The position numbers and the translations under genes were made by a program. From positions 1 through 64,000 of the forward strand of contig JAZDCZ010000085.1 in the NCBI GenBank assembly GCA_036679605.1: a DNA stretch of 64,000 nt, written 5' to 3'. This document shows, in pieces, positions 26,723-37,303 of this stretch. Each line of letters opens with the position of its first letter. Positions within the stretch are counted from its first letter, which is position 1. The DNA is from Gemmatimonadota bacterium (lineage in GTDB: Bacteria; Gemmatimonadota; Gemmatimonadetes; Gemmatimonadales; GWC2-71-9). Below the pieces are notes generated by a model. That model ran no database searches. It worked only from the letters and a program-made list of their open reading frames with translations, and was not told the DNA's origin.

Positions 26723-26733
26723 GAGGGGCAGAG

Positions 26734-27315
26734 GTGGCGCAACACAAGGCAAACGCAAAAGAAGCGATCCTCAAAGCAGCAGAGAAATTGACAGGAGAGC
26801 GCGGAGCTGAAGGAGTAACCATTGATCAGGTGGCACGCGCAGCCGGTTCGGCCAAGGGTTTGGTCCATTACCATTTCAAGACCAAAAAAGGCCTTCTGTC
26901 GGCGGTTGCCGAACTCATTGCTCAAAAACGCTGTGAACGCTGGTCCGAATTGCTGGCCGCCGAGAGCCCGCGCGACGCGATCGACAGCACCTGGTCCCAA
27001 CTGACCAATGAGTCAAATTCTGGAGTGGCTCGGGCATGGCTGTCACTCCTCGGACCGGGGTCCCCAGTGCCTGGCCGCACGGTCAGGAAGCTCCGTAGCG
27101 ATTTTGTTGTTGGATTGACAGACGCTTTGGTCGAATTGCTGGAGCACGGCATGGGCCTCAAACCGACCATACCTAAGGAGGAAATCGGCTGCCTCTTGGC
27201 TGCGGTGATCGACGGGATGACATTGGAACTGGGGAGTGGCACGGACCCCGGCGAACTGAAGGGTGCTTACGACGCAGCCTGGGTAGGAATCCTCGCGCTG
27301 ACGGATTCGCTCTAG
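26734..27315 (+). CDS. TetR/AcrR-family regulator
   Basis: ILKAA...VTIDQVARAAGSAKGLVHYHFKTK HTH; GTG 26734 start. Confidence 0.92.
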   Translation: MAQHKANAKEAILKAAEKLTGERGAEGVTIDQVARAAGSAKGLVHYHFKTKKGLLSAVAELIAQKRCERWSELLAAESPRDAIDSTWSQLTNESNSGVARAWLSLLGPGSPVPGRTVRKLRSDFVVGLTDALVELLEHGMGLKPTIPKEEIGCLLAAVIDGMTLELGSGTDPGELKGAYDAAWVGILALTDSL

Positions 27316-27441
27316 GCCCGTGGCATCCTCTGCCAAACCGCAGCGCACAGGAGAGAGGACTTGGCGGTAGATATCTCCTTGGCCCTAACATTCATAGTGA
27401 CCCGACACGCTCGATGTGCCGGGCCCGATCCAGGAGTCGTT

Positions 27442-29520
27442 ATGAAGTCGATATTGCCTATTGCGATTCTATTGATGGCGGCGGTCGTGACCGCTCCGTC
27501 ACCCGGTGTTGCGCAGACGGAATCACAAACCACCGTGTTGCCCGAGCGCGCAGTGCAGCGCAACATCCCACTCACCAATATGATTCAACGGGCCTATGCG
27601 GCCGGTACGCGAGATTCGACCGGAGGTCCCGGCCCCAACTACTGGCAACTGTGGATCGACTACACGATTGACGCACGGCTCGACCCGACAACGTCGACGG
27701 TCATGGGACGTGAGACCGTGGTGATCAACAACACCAGCGATCTGCCGATGACAACCATCCAGCTTCGCCTCGACCAGAACATCTTTGCACCCAATGCGCC
27801 TCGCTTGGAACCCATGCCCGAGATCACTGAGGGAATGCAGGTAAGCAAGCTCCTGTTCAACGGGGAGGTTGTGGATCTCAGACCGCCACAGCGGCGTCGC
27901 TCCCGCAGGGGAGGGCAGCGACAGCCGGTACGACTAGCCGCGTACGGAATCTCGCGGACCGATGCGCGCATTACCCTGCCTACGCCAATCGCCGCCCACG
28001 GAACAGCCACACTAGAGGCCGAGTGGAGCTTCCGCGTGCCGCGCGCCGACAACGTGCGTGGCATGAGGATGGGCCGCTGGGCCGATTCCCTGTATCAGAT
28101 AGCACAGTGGTACCCCCGCGTTGCGGTGTTCGACGACCTGCGCCAGGGTGGGTGGGACACTGACCCGTATCTCGGTTCGTCTGAGTTCTACAACAACTTC
28201 GGTCGGTTTGACGTCACCATCGACGTTCCCGCCGGCTGGCTCGTGGGAGCCACTGGGATTCTCGAGAATCCGGAAGAAGTACACACGCCCGCCGCCAGGG
28301 AACGGATGTCGCACGCGCTCGAGTCCGACTCTACGCTACACATCGTAGGCGCCGGAGAGCAGGGTCCGGGAAGCGCTACAGTTGCCGGAGATCGGCTGCG
28401 CTGGCATTTCGTTGCCGACACTGCGGCCGACTTTGCCTGGGCTACATCGAACCAGTTCCTATATGACGTTACGCGCGCAACCATCCCCGAGCGGGGACCG
28501 GTTCCGGTGAACATTTTCTATCTCCCTAGCAACGCGGAACAGTATGTGCCGGTCGGGCCGCGAGTGCGACATGCACTCGAGTTCTACTCCAATCTGTGGA
28601 TACCGTACGCGTTTCCCCAACTCACCGTCGTCGACGGGCCCGAGGGAGGTATGGAGTATCCGATGTTCATCATGTCCGGTATCGGGGCCGCCGACCACGA
28701 GACAGGACACGAGTGGTGGCCGATGACAGTGGGAGTCAACGAGACGTGGTACGGTTTCATGGACGAGGGGTTCAACCAGTACATGAACATCCTCTCGCGC
28801 AGTGACCGTCTGGGACAGCCTGCCAACTTGGACGGGCGAGGGCAGAGCTACGGGCAGATAAGCGGGGACGAGCGCGAGGCACCACTTATGTGGAACGCCA
28901 ATTACGGTGGACCGATGTACGGGTTTCAGGCGTACAGCAAGGCTCCGATGATGCTGTCCATGCTGGGCGGAATCGTCGGTGATACGGCAGTGTGGGACGC
29001 CATGAGCCAATATGCAGAAGCCTGGCGCTTCAAGCATCCGACTCCATGGGATTACGCGTTCTCCATGAACAACGCCCTCGAGCAAGACCTGTCGTGGTTC
29101 TGGTACTACTGGCTTTTCACCACGGAGTCGGTCGATGGCTCTATTCAGAACGTAACCGAGGCGGGATCCCGCACGATGGTGACCGTCCGTCAGGACGGCG
29201 AGATGCCCTCGCCGGTGGTGCTCAAGGTGCAATTCGCGCCACATGGCCCTGCCATCGAGCAGATGGCGAACAGCACGCTACTGGACAGCACTTCAGCTAT
29301 CGTGACATATCCAGCGAACGTTTGGTTCTCCGGCAGCCGCACATTCAACGCGAACCTTGATTTCGGCCCACGTAAGATCGAGAAGATCATACTCGATCCC
29401 AAGTGCCGCTTTCCGGATCGCGACATCAGCGACAACGTCTGGCCGCGAGATCCCGAGTTGGCCAACCAGGAAGGTTCGGGAGGCGGCTTCGGCCCAGTGA
29501 GACGTTGCTACGGAAGCTAG
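27442..29520 (+). CDS. Secreted M1-family zinc aminopeptidase
   Basis: Signal peptide from ATG 27442 (AGGAG RBS), GGMEYP, HETGH...DEG, YSK. Confidence 0.9.
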   Translation: MKSILPIAILLMAAVVTAPSPGVAQTESQTTVLPERAVQRNIPLTNMIQRAYAAGTRDSTGGPGPNYWQLWIDYTIDARLDPTTSTVMGRETVVINNTSDLPMTTIQLRLDQNIFAPNAPRLEPMPEITEGMQVSKLLFNGEVVDLRPPQRRRSRRGGQRQPVRLAAYGISRTDARITLPTPIAAHGTATLEAEWSFRVPRADNVRGMRMGRWADSLYQIAQWYPRVAVFDDLRQGGWDTDPYLGSSEFYNNFGRFDVTIDVPAGWLVGATGILENPEEVHTPAARERMSHALESDSTLHIVGAGEQGPGSATVAGDRLRWHFVADTAADFAWATSNQFLYDVTRATIPERGPVPVNIFYLPSNAEQYVPVGPRVRHALEFYSNLWIPYAFPQLTVVDGPEGGMEYPMFIMSGIGAADHETGHEWWPMTVGVNETWYGFMDEGFNQYMNILSRSDRLGQPANLDGRGQSYGQISGDEREAPLMWNANYGGPMYGFQAYSKAPMMLSMLGGIVGDTAVWDAMSQYAEAWRFKHPTPWDYAFSMNNALEQDLSWFWYYWLFTTESVDGSIQNVTEAGSRTMVTVRQDGEMPSPVVLKVQFAPHGPAIEQMANSTLLDSTSAIVTYPANVWFSGSRTFNANLDFGPRKIEKIILDPKCRFPDRDISDNVWPRDPELANQEGSGGGFGPVRRCYGS

Positions 29521-29561
29521 CGGCCTACGCGCAAAGATCGGAAGTACGGAGGTTACCTGCC

Positions 29562-32123
29562 CTAGCGGCGACGGCGCCCATGTCGCAGGTCTCGCCGGCG
29601 GCCCTCACGCTTGGCCGGCAGCCGTTTGAGTACGTCGCTCAATTGATCGAATGACGTAGCTCTGGCGATTTCCCGTTTTCCCCTAGTGATGCTGAAGTGC
29701 ACAGGTCGGTCTAACTTCGGCACGTCGCGCAACCCAAGTCTGCGCGCTTGAGATTCCTTGAGCCTGATAAGTACTACAGGCGAGTCACCATGGAGATCGT
29801 ACAACAGGGGCATGCGGTGACCCAGGATGGTTGCAAACGCGGGAAGTTGATCGAGTTTCTTTCTTTCTGACAGCGGTATGATGGCATCCAGGTCGAGCTT
29901 GAGGTCCGCACTGAGAAATCCCTTCCAACTCTTCACACCCTCGAGCTGCATCTCAATTGCCCTCCGTGCCGTCTCCCGGTGGGCTATCGAAATCGCCCCT
30001 CCCGAGCGGCGCCGATATTCCTCGAGCTGCCTTACAACCTGCGCAACTCCGGCTTGACAACGATGTGGAGTTTCGTCCGCGGTGACCGCCTCTGCCAGCG
30101 TGGCGCGACACCGTTTCACAAATTTCGCCGGGAACTCAGCCTTGATTGGCTCCCGCTCGGTGTCGAGCTGAAAGCCGAAATACTCTGTGTTGCGATTCAG
30201 AAAGAGCCCCGGCCGGTGACCGCCCATGAACTCCACGGCTGGGTCCAACCGTCTGGCATACCGACGCATGAACTTCAATGGAACATTACTGCCCTCGATT
30301 GCGGCTCGCGGGTTCCCAAACCGGTCGGCAAAGTAGGTAACCGAACCACACACCGCCGAATACGCATTGCACAGCGACGACCGAGAAAGGCGCACGCGTT
30401 CACCGTTAGCCAACTCTCCATCAATCATCAAGTCAAACGGCATCACCCGTGCAACAAGATCGCGGAATCTGCGCTCAACGTCGGAGTCGATACGGGGAAG
30501 CTTTTCTGGAAGCGATCGCTCCAGCGTCCGATAGACCGCAGCCGTACCGAGGGCCGCATCCTCGATCGCCTTCATCAAGACGCCCCTTTCCTCTGCCCAG
30601 GGTACGACCTCTTCATGGAACAGGTGACGGGGTAATCCGTACACCTCACCGAGATATCCGAAATCGTTGATCGCTTCGGCAGCGACGTTGTAGGTAGTGA
30701 GATGGTCGCTTCCGCCTACGATCAAGCCCCTGAGATCATGTTCATCGCGCGTCATCCGGTGCAGCGAGTCGATGTTGGCCGCGACTGCCAAGAACGGGAT
30801 CAATTTTTCGTCGGCCTGTACCAGCAACTCCGCCCAGGGACGGTCCACCGGCATTGCCTCTACATTCTTGCCGTAGGTTGTGAGTCCACCGTCTCTAACC
30901 AAACCTCTGATGGCGAGCTGCTCGACGGCCGCCTTGTACGCCGTACGATCGACAGGCACCGGCAGGTCCAGATCCGCAAGGTCCACCCTCAAGGCCGCCG
31001 CCGTCAACGCAACCCGTTCGCTCTCTCCGGCAAGTTGAAATCTGGGAGGTGACGCCACGAGTGTGTCGAAATCGATGGCTCGGTCTGTCAATATGAAAAC
31101 CTCACCACCACTTACTCTTCCATGAACCCGGCCGGCCATCTGAAGAATCGCGTTGGAGCCGAGGTGCCGGCGCGTCAGTACGTTGCGCCCCCGATCAATC
31201 ACCACCTCATAGTTGGCATCGTAGATCACGACAGTATCGAGACCTTGGATATTCAGGGCCGACTGACCCGCCTGGGTCATCGCCAATATGAACGGTTTCT
31301 GCGCCGTTCCATCGAGAAAGGGCCGCAGGATCCGAATCGGCTCTCCTCCATGGTAGAACGCTGTCGTCAAGTTTCGCCAACGCCGATCCAGATTGGCTGC
31401 GAGTTTCTCGACCTCCGCTCTGGTAGGCAAGAATACGGCTACGCCGCGCCGTTCCTTCACAACCCGGCGAACAAATCGGTCGTCCAGAAATTCTAGTGGT
31501 GAATCCGGTCGGGTTCTCACCTTTGCTGCCAGCTTTGGATCGAAAACCGATGTCTCCAAAACCTCGGCTGCATCCAGATATTTTTCATAAAACGCCGGAT
31601 CTACCGTCGCGGATAGCCACACGAAACGGCATCCCACCCGCTTGCCGAGCGCGAGACACAACTCCAACTCGGCTGACGTCTGATGAATCTCGTCGACAAC
31701 CAATGTGTCGTGTTTGCAGATGAGGTCGTCTTGGAACCAGCGGCGCGCGATGCCCGTGGTCACGATCACGACGTTCCAGGTCGGGGTCTCCGGAGTGGCT
31801 TCACGTTCTCGGTTTACGACACCGACCTTGAGAGCGTTGCCCAAGATTTCCGACGCGATCGGTCGGATCGCCAAAGTTTTGCCAGTCCCGGTTCCAGCCA
31901 CGATACCAAAACCGGCCCTCCCCCCGGCCAGACCCCTGATCTCGTCCCCATGTTCACGGTTCAGCACCGTGTCGATATCCAGCTGAAGTGCCAACTCGAT
32001 CGTCTCGCACGCCGCGCGCGTCGGTGCAATGACAATGACCCGGCCGGTCTGCGGCTCAGATCGTCGATACGCCTCCCGATCAGGTGGTAGGTAATGGTCG
32101 CGGAAATCGTGACGGTCAGTCAC
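29562..32123 (-). CDS. DExH-box (HrpA/HrpB-like) helicase
   Basis: AGTGTGKT, DEIH, SAT, VFLPTR, QMAGRVHGR. Confidence 0.88.
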   Translation of the reverse strand: MTDRHDFRDHYLPPDREAYRRSEPQTGRVIVIAPTRAACETIELALQLDIDTVLNREHGDEIRGLAGGRAGFGIVAGTGTGKTLAIRPIASEILGNALKVGVVNREREATPETPTWNVVIVTTGIARRWFQDDLICKHDTLVVDEIHQTSAELELCLALGKRVGCRFVWLSATVDPAFYEKYLDAAEVLETSVFDPKLAAKVRTRPDSPLEFLDDRFVRRVVKERRGVAVFLPTRAEVEKLAANLDRRWRNLTTAFYHGGEPIRILRPFLDGTAQKPFILAMTQAGQSALNIQGLDTVVIYDANYEVVIDRGRNVLTRRHLGSNAILQMAGRVHGRVSGGEVFILTDRAIDFDTLVASPPRFQLAGESERVALTAAALRVDLADLDLPVPVDRTAYKAAVEQLAIRGLVRDGGLTTYGKNVEAMPVDRPWAELLVQADEKLIPFLAVAANIDSLHRMTRDEHDLRGLIVGGSDHLTTYNVAAEAINDFGYLGEVYGLPRHLFHEEVVPWAEERGVLMKAIEDAALGTAAVYRTLERSLPEKLPRIDSDVERRFRDLVARVMPFDLMIDGELANGERVRLSRSSLCNAYSAVCGSVTYFADRFGNPRAAIEGSNVPLKFMRRYARRLDPAVEFMGGHRPGLFLNRNTEYFGFQLDTEREPIKAEFPAKFVKRCRATLAEAVTADETPHRCQAGVAQVVRQLEEYRRRSGGAISIAHRETARRAIEMQLEGVKSWKGFLSADLKLDLDAIIPLSERKKLDQLPAFATILGHRMPLLYDLHGDSPVVLIRLKESQARRLGLRDVPKLDRPVHFSITRGKREIARATSFDQLSDVLKRLPAKREGRRRDLRHGRRRR

Positions 32124-32150
32124 TTGCAGCCATCGCTCGAATTCCAGCGC

Positions 32151-33230
32151 CTAGTCGCCGAGGCTAATTCCAAGCTGTCGGGCTGTCGCTATTTCGTCGC
32201 AGTCGATCGGGACAAGCTTCGGTTGCGCGAGTGCGTCCTTTATTGGCACCGTCGTCATGCGAGGAGGATCGAAGGCAACCATTTCACCAAACTTCCCGGC
32301 CTCCACGGCGCGGACAGCCGCCGCGCCAAATCGCAAAGCTAGCAAACGATCGAACGTGGTAGGAGAGCCGCCTCTTTGTAGGTGGCCCAGCGTCAGTGTA
32401 CGTGTTTCCTTCCCCGTGCGTTCTGCTATCGCGTCCGCCACTACACCGCTCGCTCCCCCCAACTGTTCCACTCCCCCAACGACTGCTGCGGACTTGACCG
32501 TTACGTCTCCATGTCTCCCAGTCGCACCTTCGGCGACAACCACAATACTGAAATGACGACCACTGGCTTCACGATCCCTAATTTTGTCACACACTTTGTC
32601 AATGTCATATGGGATTTCTGGGATGAGGATCACATCCACGCTGCCTGCAAGGCCGCAATGCAGCGCAATCCATCCGGCGTGCCTGCCCATCACCTCCACA
32701 ACCATCACCCGCTGGTGACTCTCCGCCGTAGAGTGAATCTTGTCGAGCGCATCCGTGGCCGTGCTGACCGCTGTATCGAAACCGAAGGTGACTGACGTGC
32801 CCCCGACATCGTTGTCAATGGTCTTGGGGACGCCCACGATCGGCAGTCCCATATCGCACAACTTGAGTGCGATCTCCAGCGTTCCATCGCCCCCGACGGC
32901 TATCAATGCATCCAGTCCAGCACTTGTAGCGTTTTCGATGAGCCGGTCCGAGCGATCCTCCTCCACCCAGTCACCGTCGGTCGAGAGCACTGGCCAGCGG
33001 AAAGGATTGCCCCGGTTGGTTGTGCCTAGGATGGTGCCGCCAAGATGCGTAATGCCTCGCACGCTGTCTCGATCAAGGGGGATAACGCGTGCAGCATCTA
33101 GAAGTCCGCTGAAACCTCGCATCACTCCCAGAACTTCCCAATCTCTCTGTAGTGCCGATAGGACTATGGCGCGGATGACCGCGTTGAGGCCCGGTGCGTC
33201 CCCGCCACCGGTTGAAATGGCCACCCGCAC
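32151..33230 (-). CDS. pfkA: 6-phosphofructokinase (group III-type, GGDG/PKTIDND)
   Basis: TGGGDAPGLN, GGTILGT, GGDGT, PKTIDND, EVMGR, LGHLQRGG. Confidence 0.95.
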   Translation of the reverse strand: MRVAISTGGGDAPGLNAVIRAIVLSALQRDWEVLGVMRGFSGLLDAARVIPLDRDSVRGITHLGGTILGTTNRGNPFRWPVLSTDGDWVEEDRSDRLIENATSAGLDALIAVGGDGTLEIALKLCDMGLPIVGVPKTIDNDVGGTSVTFGFDTAVSTATDALDKIHSTAESHQRVMVVEVMGRHAGWIALHCGLAGSVDVILIPEIPYDIDKVCDKIRDREASGRHFSIVVVAEGATGRHGDVTVKSAAVVGGVEQLGGASGVVADAIAERTGKETRTLTLGHLQRGGSPTTFDRLLALRFGAAAVRAVEAGKFGEMVAFDPPRMTTVPIKDALAQPKLVPIDCDEIATARQLGISLGD

Positions 33231-33246
33231 TTAGGTACCCCGCTGA

Positions 33247-33477
33247 CTAATTTGTGGCTTCCCGGAGCAGATCTAGAACCTCTCCCGGTTCCGCATGTCG
33301 GTCGAGTTGCTTCTTGGAGAAAATTAGGTCACCGTCCATGGTGACTTCAAAGAGTCCTCCCGATGCCTCGATCAGTTTCACCTGGGCATCCGGATATTCG
33401 CTTTTGATTTCGGCCGCCAAACTGGAGGCCCGTGGCTCATAGTTTCAAACGCCGCAGTATTGGATACTGACGTGCAT
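33247..33477 (-). CDS. Rdx-family (SelW/SelT/SelH-like) selenoprotein with in-frame UGA (not in the ORF track)
   Basis: MHVSIQYCGV-UGA-NYEPRASSLAAEI...SGGLFEVTMDGDLIFSKK...; CxxU motif, AGGAG RBS, hairpin right after the UGA (33447-33445). Confidence 0.88.
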
Positions 33478-33557
33478 CGATACTCCTGCTTCAGGGTTCT
33501 GCATAATATTACGAACCCCGGCGTTGAGAAGCTACCTCGCAGCTTCAGGAAGGAAGT

Positions 33558-35693
33558 ATGACAACACGCACAAGCTGGTTTAGGCTTGCCGTGAGGTTGG
33601 GAGCGACCGCCTCGGTTTTTTTTGCTGCGGCTGAACTGATGACAGAAGCCGAAGCTCGGACCAGTTCGTTGCTGCTGATGTTGCTAGTATTGAGCGGGGC
33701 GGCCGCCGCTAGTCGCCGGTTTGCAATTGCACTGCCTGGAAAAGGACTTGCGTCGTTCGGGACGGGCGTCGCAATACTGGGCCTGTTGCTTTCTGGCTGG
33801 CAGGTGGCAACCCTGGCGATCGGTTTCGGCGTGCTCGTTGGAGATGCGGGCCTTAGGCGATCGAGTATGCCACATGCACTTGCTGAGGCAGGGCGGTTTG
33901 TACTGGCCACCGCAATGACCGGGCTGGCCTACAGATCGGCAGGCGGATTCACCGGAGCGGAGGCGATCTCAGTCGCGAACATCTTGCCGCTCACAATCGC
34001 ACTGTGGCTTCTGCCTGTGACAGCTCACGGGATTGCGCTGCTGGAGACTGCCCAACGTGACGGGTTCCATTGGCCGGACGTGAAACCTGCCCTCCAGTGG
34101 AAAGCGGTCAGCGCCGCCACTAGTGGGACGCTCGCGATCGGTTGGCTCAATCTACTTTCGGCAGGCCAGCCGACCGGCGCATGGATATTCCTCGCAACAA
34201 TCCTGCTCGGAGCCACTTTCCTTGCTCATTGGGTGATCGGCACTGCCGTAAAATCCGGACAACTGCGGTGGATCGTGGAGTTCAATGCAGCCGTGGCAAC
34301 GGACGGCGACATACGGCAAAGTTTTGAGCGGATCCGAGCCATCACTGGCCACCTCGTCCCCTGGGAGAGCATGACGCTTTCTCTGTTCGACAAAGATGCC
34401 GGCCAGATGCAGGTTCTTCTGGATAGCGACGGCGAGCACGATGAGCGCTACGACGCCGACTCAGACCTGGTTGCGGAAGCGCTGACCGCAAGGAGTCCGG
34501 TTGTGGCCAATGAGTTCACACGCGGCGACCTCTCGCTACCAGCCGGCCAAGCGGCGGCATCGGAGATAGTTGTGCCGTTGATCCAGCGAGAACGAGTAGT
34601 AGGCATTTGGAGAGTGCGACACTCGGATTCCACCATTTATTCTGCGGCAGACGGTAAACTGCTCGGGTCACTGGCACCGGTTCTTGGTTTTTCGCTCAAC
34701 ATCACGAGTGTTCTCGATCTACTGACAGACGTAGGCGAACGGACCACGGCCTACGTTGCGAACCTTGAGGCATCCGGGGCGGAAACGCGCGACGCCGCTC
34801 GGGCCCTGGCCGATCGGGCTTCCTCGTCAGGATCCGAGGCCAGCCGTGCCGCGGACCGGGCAAAGGCCGCTGGTCAGGCAGTAGAGCGGTTAGTCGAGGG
34901 AATCGAAGAGAGCGCACGAGTAGGGCTCGATGCAGAAATCGCAACCCGTTCCTTCGCCGATACGGCCGGAAACGCACACGAAGCTAGCCGTGACGTCGTG
35001 GGCAAGGTGGGTGAAGTCGCCTCAACGATCGAGCTTGGAGTCGCCGAGGTGGGTCGGCTGCGGCAAGCGGCAAAGGAAGTAGAGGATTTCTCCGAGACGA
35101 TCGCCAACATAGCGAACCAGACCAATCTGCTGGCTCTGAACGCCACAATCGAGGCCGCCCGAACGGGCGCCCGAGGGAAGGGGTTCACCGTCGTAGCCGA
35201 TGAGGTGCGAAAGCTCGCCGAACAGAGCGCCGAAGCAGCCAGCAATATTGGGCGGAGCACTCAAGACACGAGCCGCGCGATCGACAAAGCGGCTCTTGTC
35301 TTGGAGCGACTAGACACACAACTGACTGAACTCGCTACTGCGTCGCAAAGCTGGGACAAGGAACTGGCCGCAATAGCCGAAACTGCGCGCGTCACAAGAC
35401 GGGCAGGCAAACGGATCGCCGACCTGCCCAAGAGCAACCTCGAAATCGCTAGAGAGATGGATGTGATATTGGATGACGTGCACGGGGCCACTGTTAGTTC
35501 TGCGACCAGCGCCGAGCAGATCGCCGCTGGAGCACTACAACTATCGACAAAACAAGAGCTTACGAGGTGGAGCGAAGAACTCGCAAGACTCGCTCGGAGA
35601 CTTAGTGATTCCGTCTCCACTTTGGCGGCCGAACACCATGGTGGCTTGCGCACTACCGACGGCCAGAGTGGCACGAGGGATACAAATACTTAG
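33558..35693 (+). CDS. Methyl-accepting chemotaxis protein with multi-TM sensor and GAF domain
   Basis: [38 protein letters not shown] signalling tip; about 6-7 N-terminal TM segments; GAF-like SEIVVPL...VVGIW. Confidence 0.9.
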   Translation: MTTRTSWFRLAVRLGATASVFFAAAELMTEAEARTSSLLLMLLVLSGAAAASRRFAIALPGKGLASFGTGVAILGLLLSGWQVATLAIGFGVLVGDAGLRRSSMPHALAEAGRFVLATAMTGLAYRSAGGFTGAEAISVANILPLTIALWLLPVTAHGIALLETAQRDGFHWPDVKPALQWKAVSAATSGTLAIGWLNLLSAGQPTGAWIFLATILLGATFLAHWVIGTAVKSGQLRWIVEFNAAVATDGDIRQSFERIRAITGHLVPWESMTLSLFDKDAGQMQVLLDSDGEHDERYDADSDLVAEALTARSPVVANEFTRGDLSLPAGQAAASEIVVPLIQRERVVGIWRVRHSDSTIYSAADGKLLGSLAPVLGFSLNITSVLDLLTDVGERTTAYVANLEASGAETRDAARALADRASSSGSEASRAADRAKAAGQAVERLVEGIEESARVGLDAEIATRSFADTAGNAHEASRDVVGKVGEVASTIELGVAEVGRLRQAAKEVEDFSETIANIANQTNLLALNATIEAARTGARGKGFTVVADEVRKLAEQSAEAASNIGRSTQDTSRAIDKAALVLERLDTQLTELATASQSWDKELAAIAETARVTRRAGKRIADLPKSNLEIAREMDVILDDVHGATVSSATSAEQIAAGALQLSTKQELTRWSEELARLARRLSDSVSTLAAEHHGGLRTTDGQSGTRDTNT

Positions 35694-35697
35694 ATTG

Positions 35698-37290
35698 ATG
35701 CGCATGCCCGATAACCTAGGGCCGTCGTTCGGCCTTATCGCCGTCGTTGCGGCCGTTACCCTTCTTTTCGCGTCGTCGAGCGTTGCACAGACGGGTAGCA
35801 GAGCACAGATCGAACTCGGTTCGTTTGGCGGGTTCACCTCGTACGACGATTCCCTCAACCTCCAGAACGAATTCGGCGCCGGTGGGCGGCTCGGTTTTTT
35901 CCTGAGCAGTGTTTTCCAACTGGAAGGCAGCGGAGACTTCACTCGGACACACCTCTCTACTACCGGCGACCCGGTCAACGTGGCGCGCATAGGCGGCACG
36001 CTCATCGCACAGGGACACCTCACCTCGTGGGACGCGCTCTATTTCGGCGCAGGTTACGAGAGAGTGTTCTACCGCGGAGCAATCGACAGAGAGGAGGATG
36101 GCGCCCAGGTACTTGTGGGAAACCGACTGTCTCTTGGTGGACGAGCCGCACTCAGATTGCAGGCGAACGGATCTTTCTTTCCGGCGGGAAAGCTCCGCGT
36201 GGTCAATCTGGGTGGCTCGTTGGGTATTTCGATCTACACATTCGGGGGTCCACAGCGCGACGCAGACGAAGATCTGGTCGCCGACAAACGCGATGACTGT
36301 CCCAACACTTTGCACGGCGCTTCAGTAGACGATAGTGGGTGTCCGTCGGATACTGACGGCGACATGGTTCTCGACGGATTGGATGAATGCCCCGGGACCC
36401 CGGCGGGTGCAAGAGTTGATAGGGAGGGCTGCCCCAGTGACGCCGACGGTGACGGAGTGTTTGACGGCATCGACGAATGTCCCGACACTCCTGCGGGAGC
36501 GACTGCCGACGCCACCGGCTGCCCAAGTGACGAGGACGACGATCTGGTCTTCGACGGGCTAGACCTGTGTCCTGGTACCCCACAGGGTGCAACGGTAGAC
36601 GGCGACGGATGCCCTAGCGACGGTGACCTCGACAGTGTGTTAGACGGCATCGACCGCTGCCCCGATACGCCGGCCGGAGTGGTGGTGGATGACGCGGGAT
36701 GTTCTATCGATAGCGACGCTGACGGAGTTTTCAACGCAGTCGATGCCTGCCCGGACACGCCAGCCGGCACCGAAGTGAACGAGCGTGGCTGCACGCTCGT
36801 CAGCGACACCGACGGCGACGGCGTAGCCGACCCTGAGGACCGCTGTCCCAATACTGCTCCCGGACAGAACGTGGATGCTGTAGGTTGCCCCATTCTGTTT
36901 GTGATCGAACAGGGCCAGTTCGTCAGTCGCGAGGGACGCCGTGGCCCCCTGGTTTTGAGCGGTGTAAATTTTGCGAGCGGCCGTTCTGTATTGACGCGGG
37001 CCTCCTATACCACCCTCGATGCAGTCGCCGCCTCACTCTTGGTCTACCCAGAAGTGCGCGTCGAGATCGCCGGTCACACCGACGCGACAGGATCGGACCG
37101 GATAAACCGGCCGCTCTCACAGGCACGAGCCGGAGCGGTCATGGCGTACTTGGCCAGACAAGGTGTACCGCCGCAACGGATGGCAGCACAGGGATACGGA
37201 TCAGATCAACCGATTGCCCCCAACTCAACCCGCGCAGGACGAGCAAGAAACCGGCGCGTCGAACTAAGGATCATAGAGAATAATCCTTAG
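35698..37290 (+). CDS. OmpA-family protein: beta-barrel + thrombospondin type-3-like repeats + OmpA_C
   Basis: Signal peptide from ATG 35698; EIAGHTD...NRPLSQARA...NRRVEL peptidoglycan-binding domain. Confidence 0.92.
   Translation: MRMPDNLGPSFGLIAVVAAVTLLFASSSVAQTGSRAQIELGSFGGFTSYDDSLNLQNEFGAGGRLGFFLSSVFQLEGSGDFTRTHLSTTGDPVNVARIGGTLIAQGHLTSWDALYFGAGYERVFYRGAIDREEDGAQVLVGNRLSLGGRAALRLQANGSFFPAGKLRVVNLGGSLGISIYTFGGPQRDADEDLVADKRDDCPNTLHGASVDDSGCPSDTDGDMVLDGLDECPGTPAGARVDREGCPSDADGDGVFDGIDECPDTPAGATADATGCPSDEDDDLVFDGLDLCPGTPQGATVDGDGCPSDGDLDSVLDGIDRCPDTPAGVVVDDAGCSIDSDADGVFNAVDACPDTPAGTEVNERGCTLVSDTDGDGVADPEDRCPNTAPGQNVDAVGCPILFVIEQGQFVSREGRRGPLVLSGVNFASGRSVLTRASYTTLDAVAASLLVYPEVRVEIAGHTDATGSDRINRPLSQARAGAVMAYLARQGVPPQRMAAQGYGSDQPIAPNSTRAGRARNRRVELRIIENNP
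36259..36891 (+). repeat. Seven ~30-aa (90-bp) DxDxDGVxDxxDxCPxTPxGxxVDxxGCP coding repeats
   Basis: Directly visible in the translation of the OmpA protein. Confidence 0.92.
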
Positions 37291-37303
37291 ATCCCACCAC
37301 ATT

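Noticed and set aside
28459..29244. Long antisense ORFs (e.g. 28459..29244, 45317..46057, 59883..60674)
   Set aside because: Shadows of well-supported genes on the opposite strand in GC-rich DNA; no motifs.
36259..36891. 90-bp periodic repeats as a non-coding array
   Set aside because: Fully explained as in-frame TSP3-like calcium-binding repeats of the OmpA protein.
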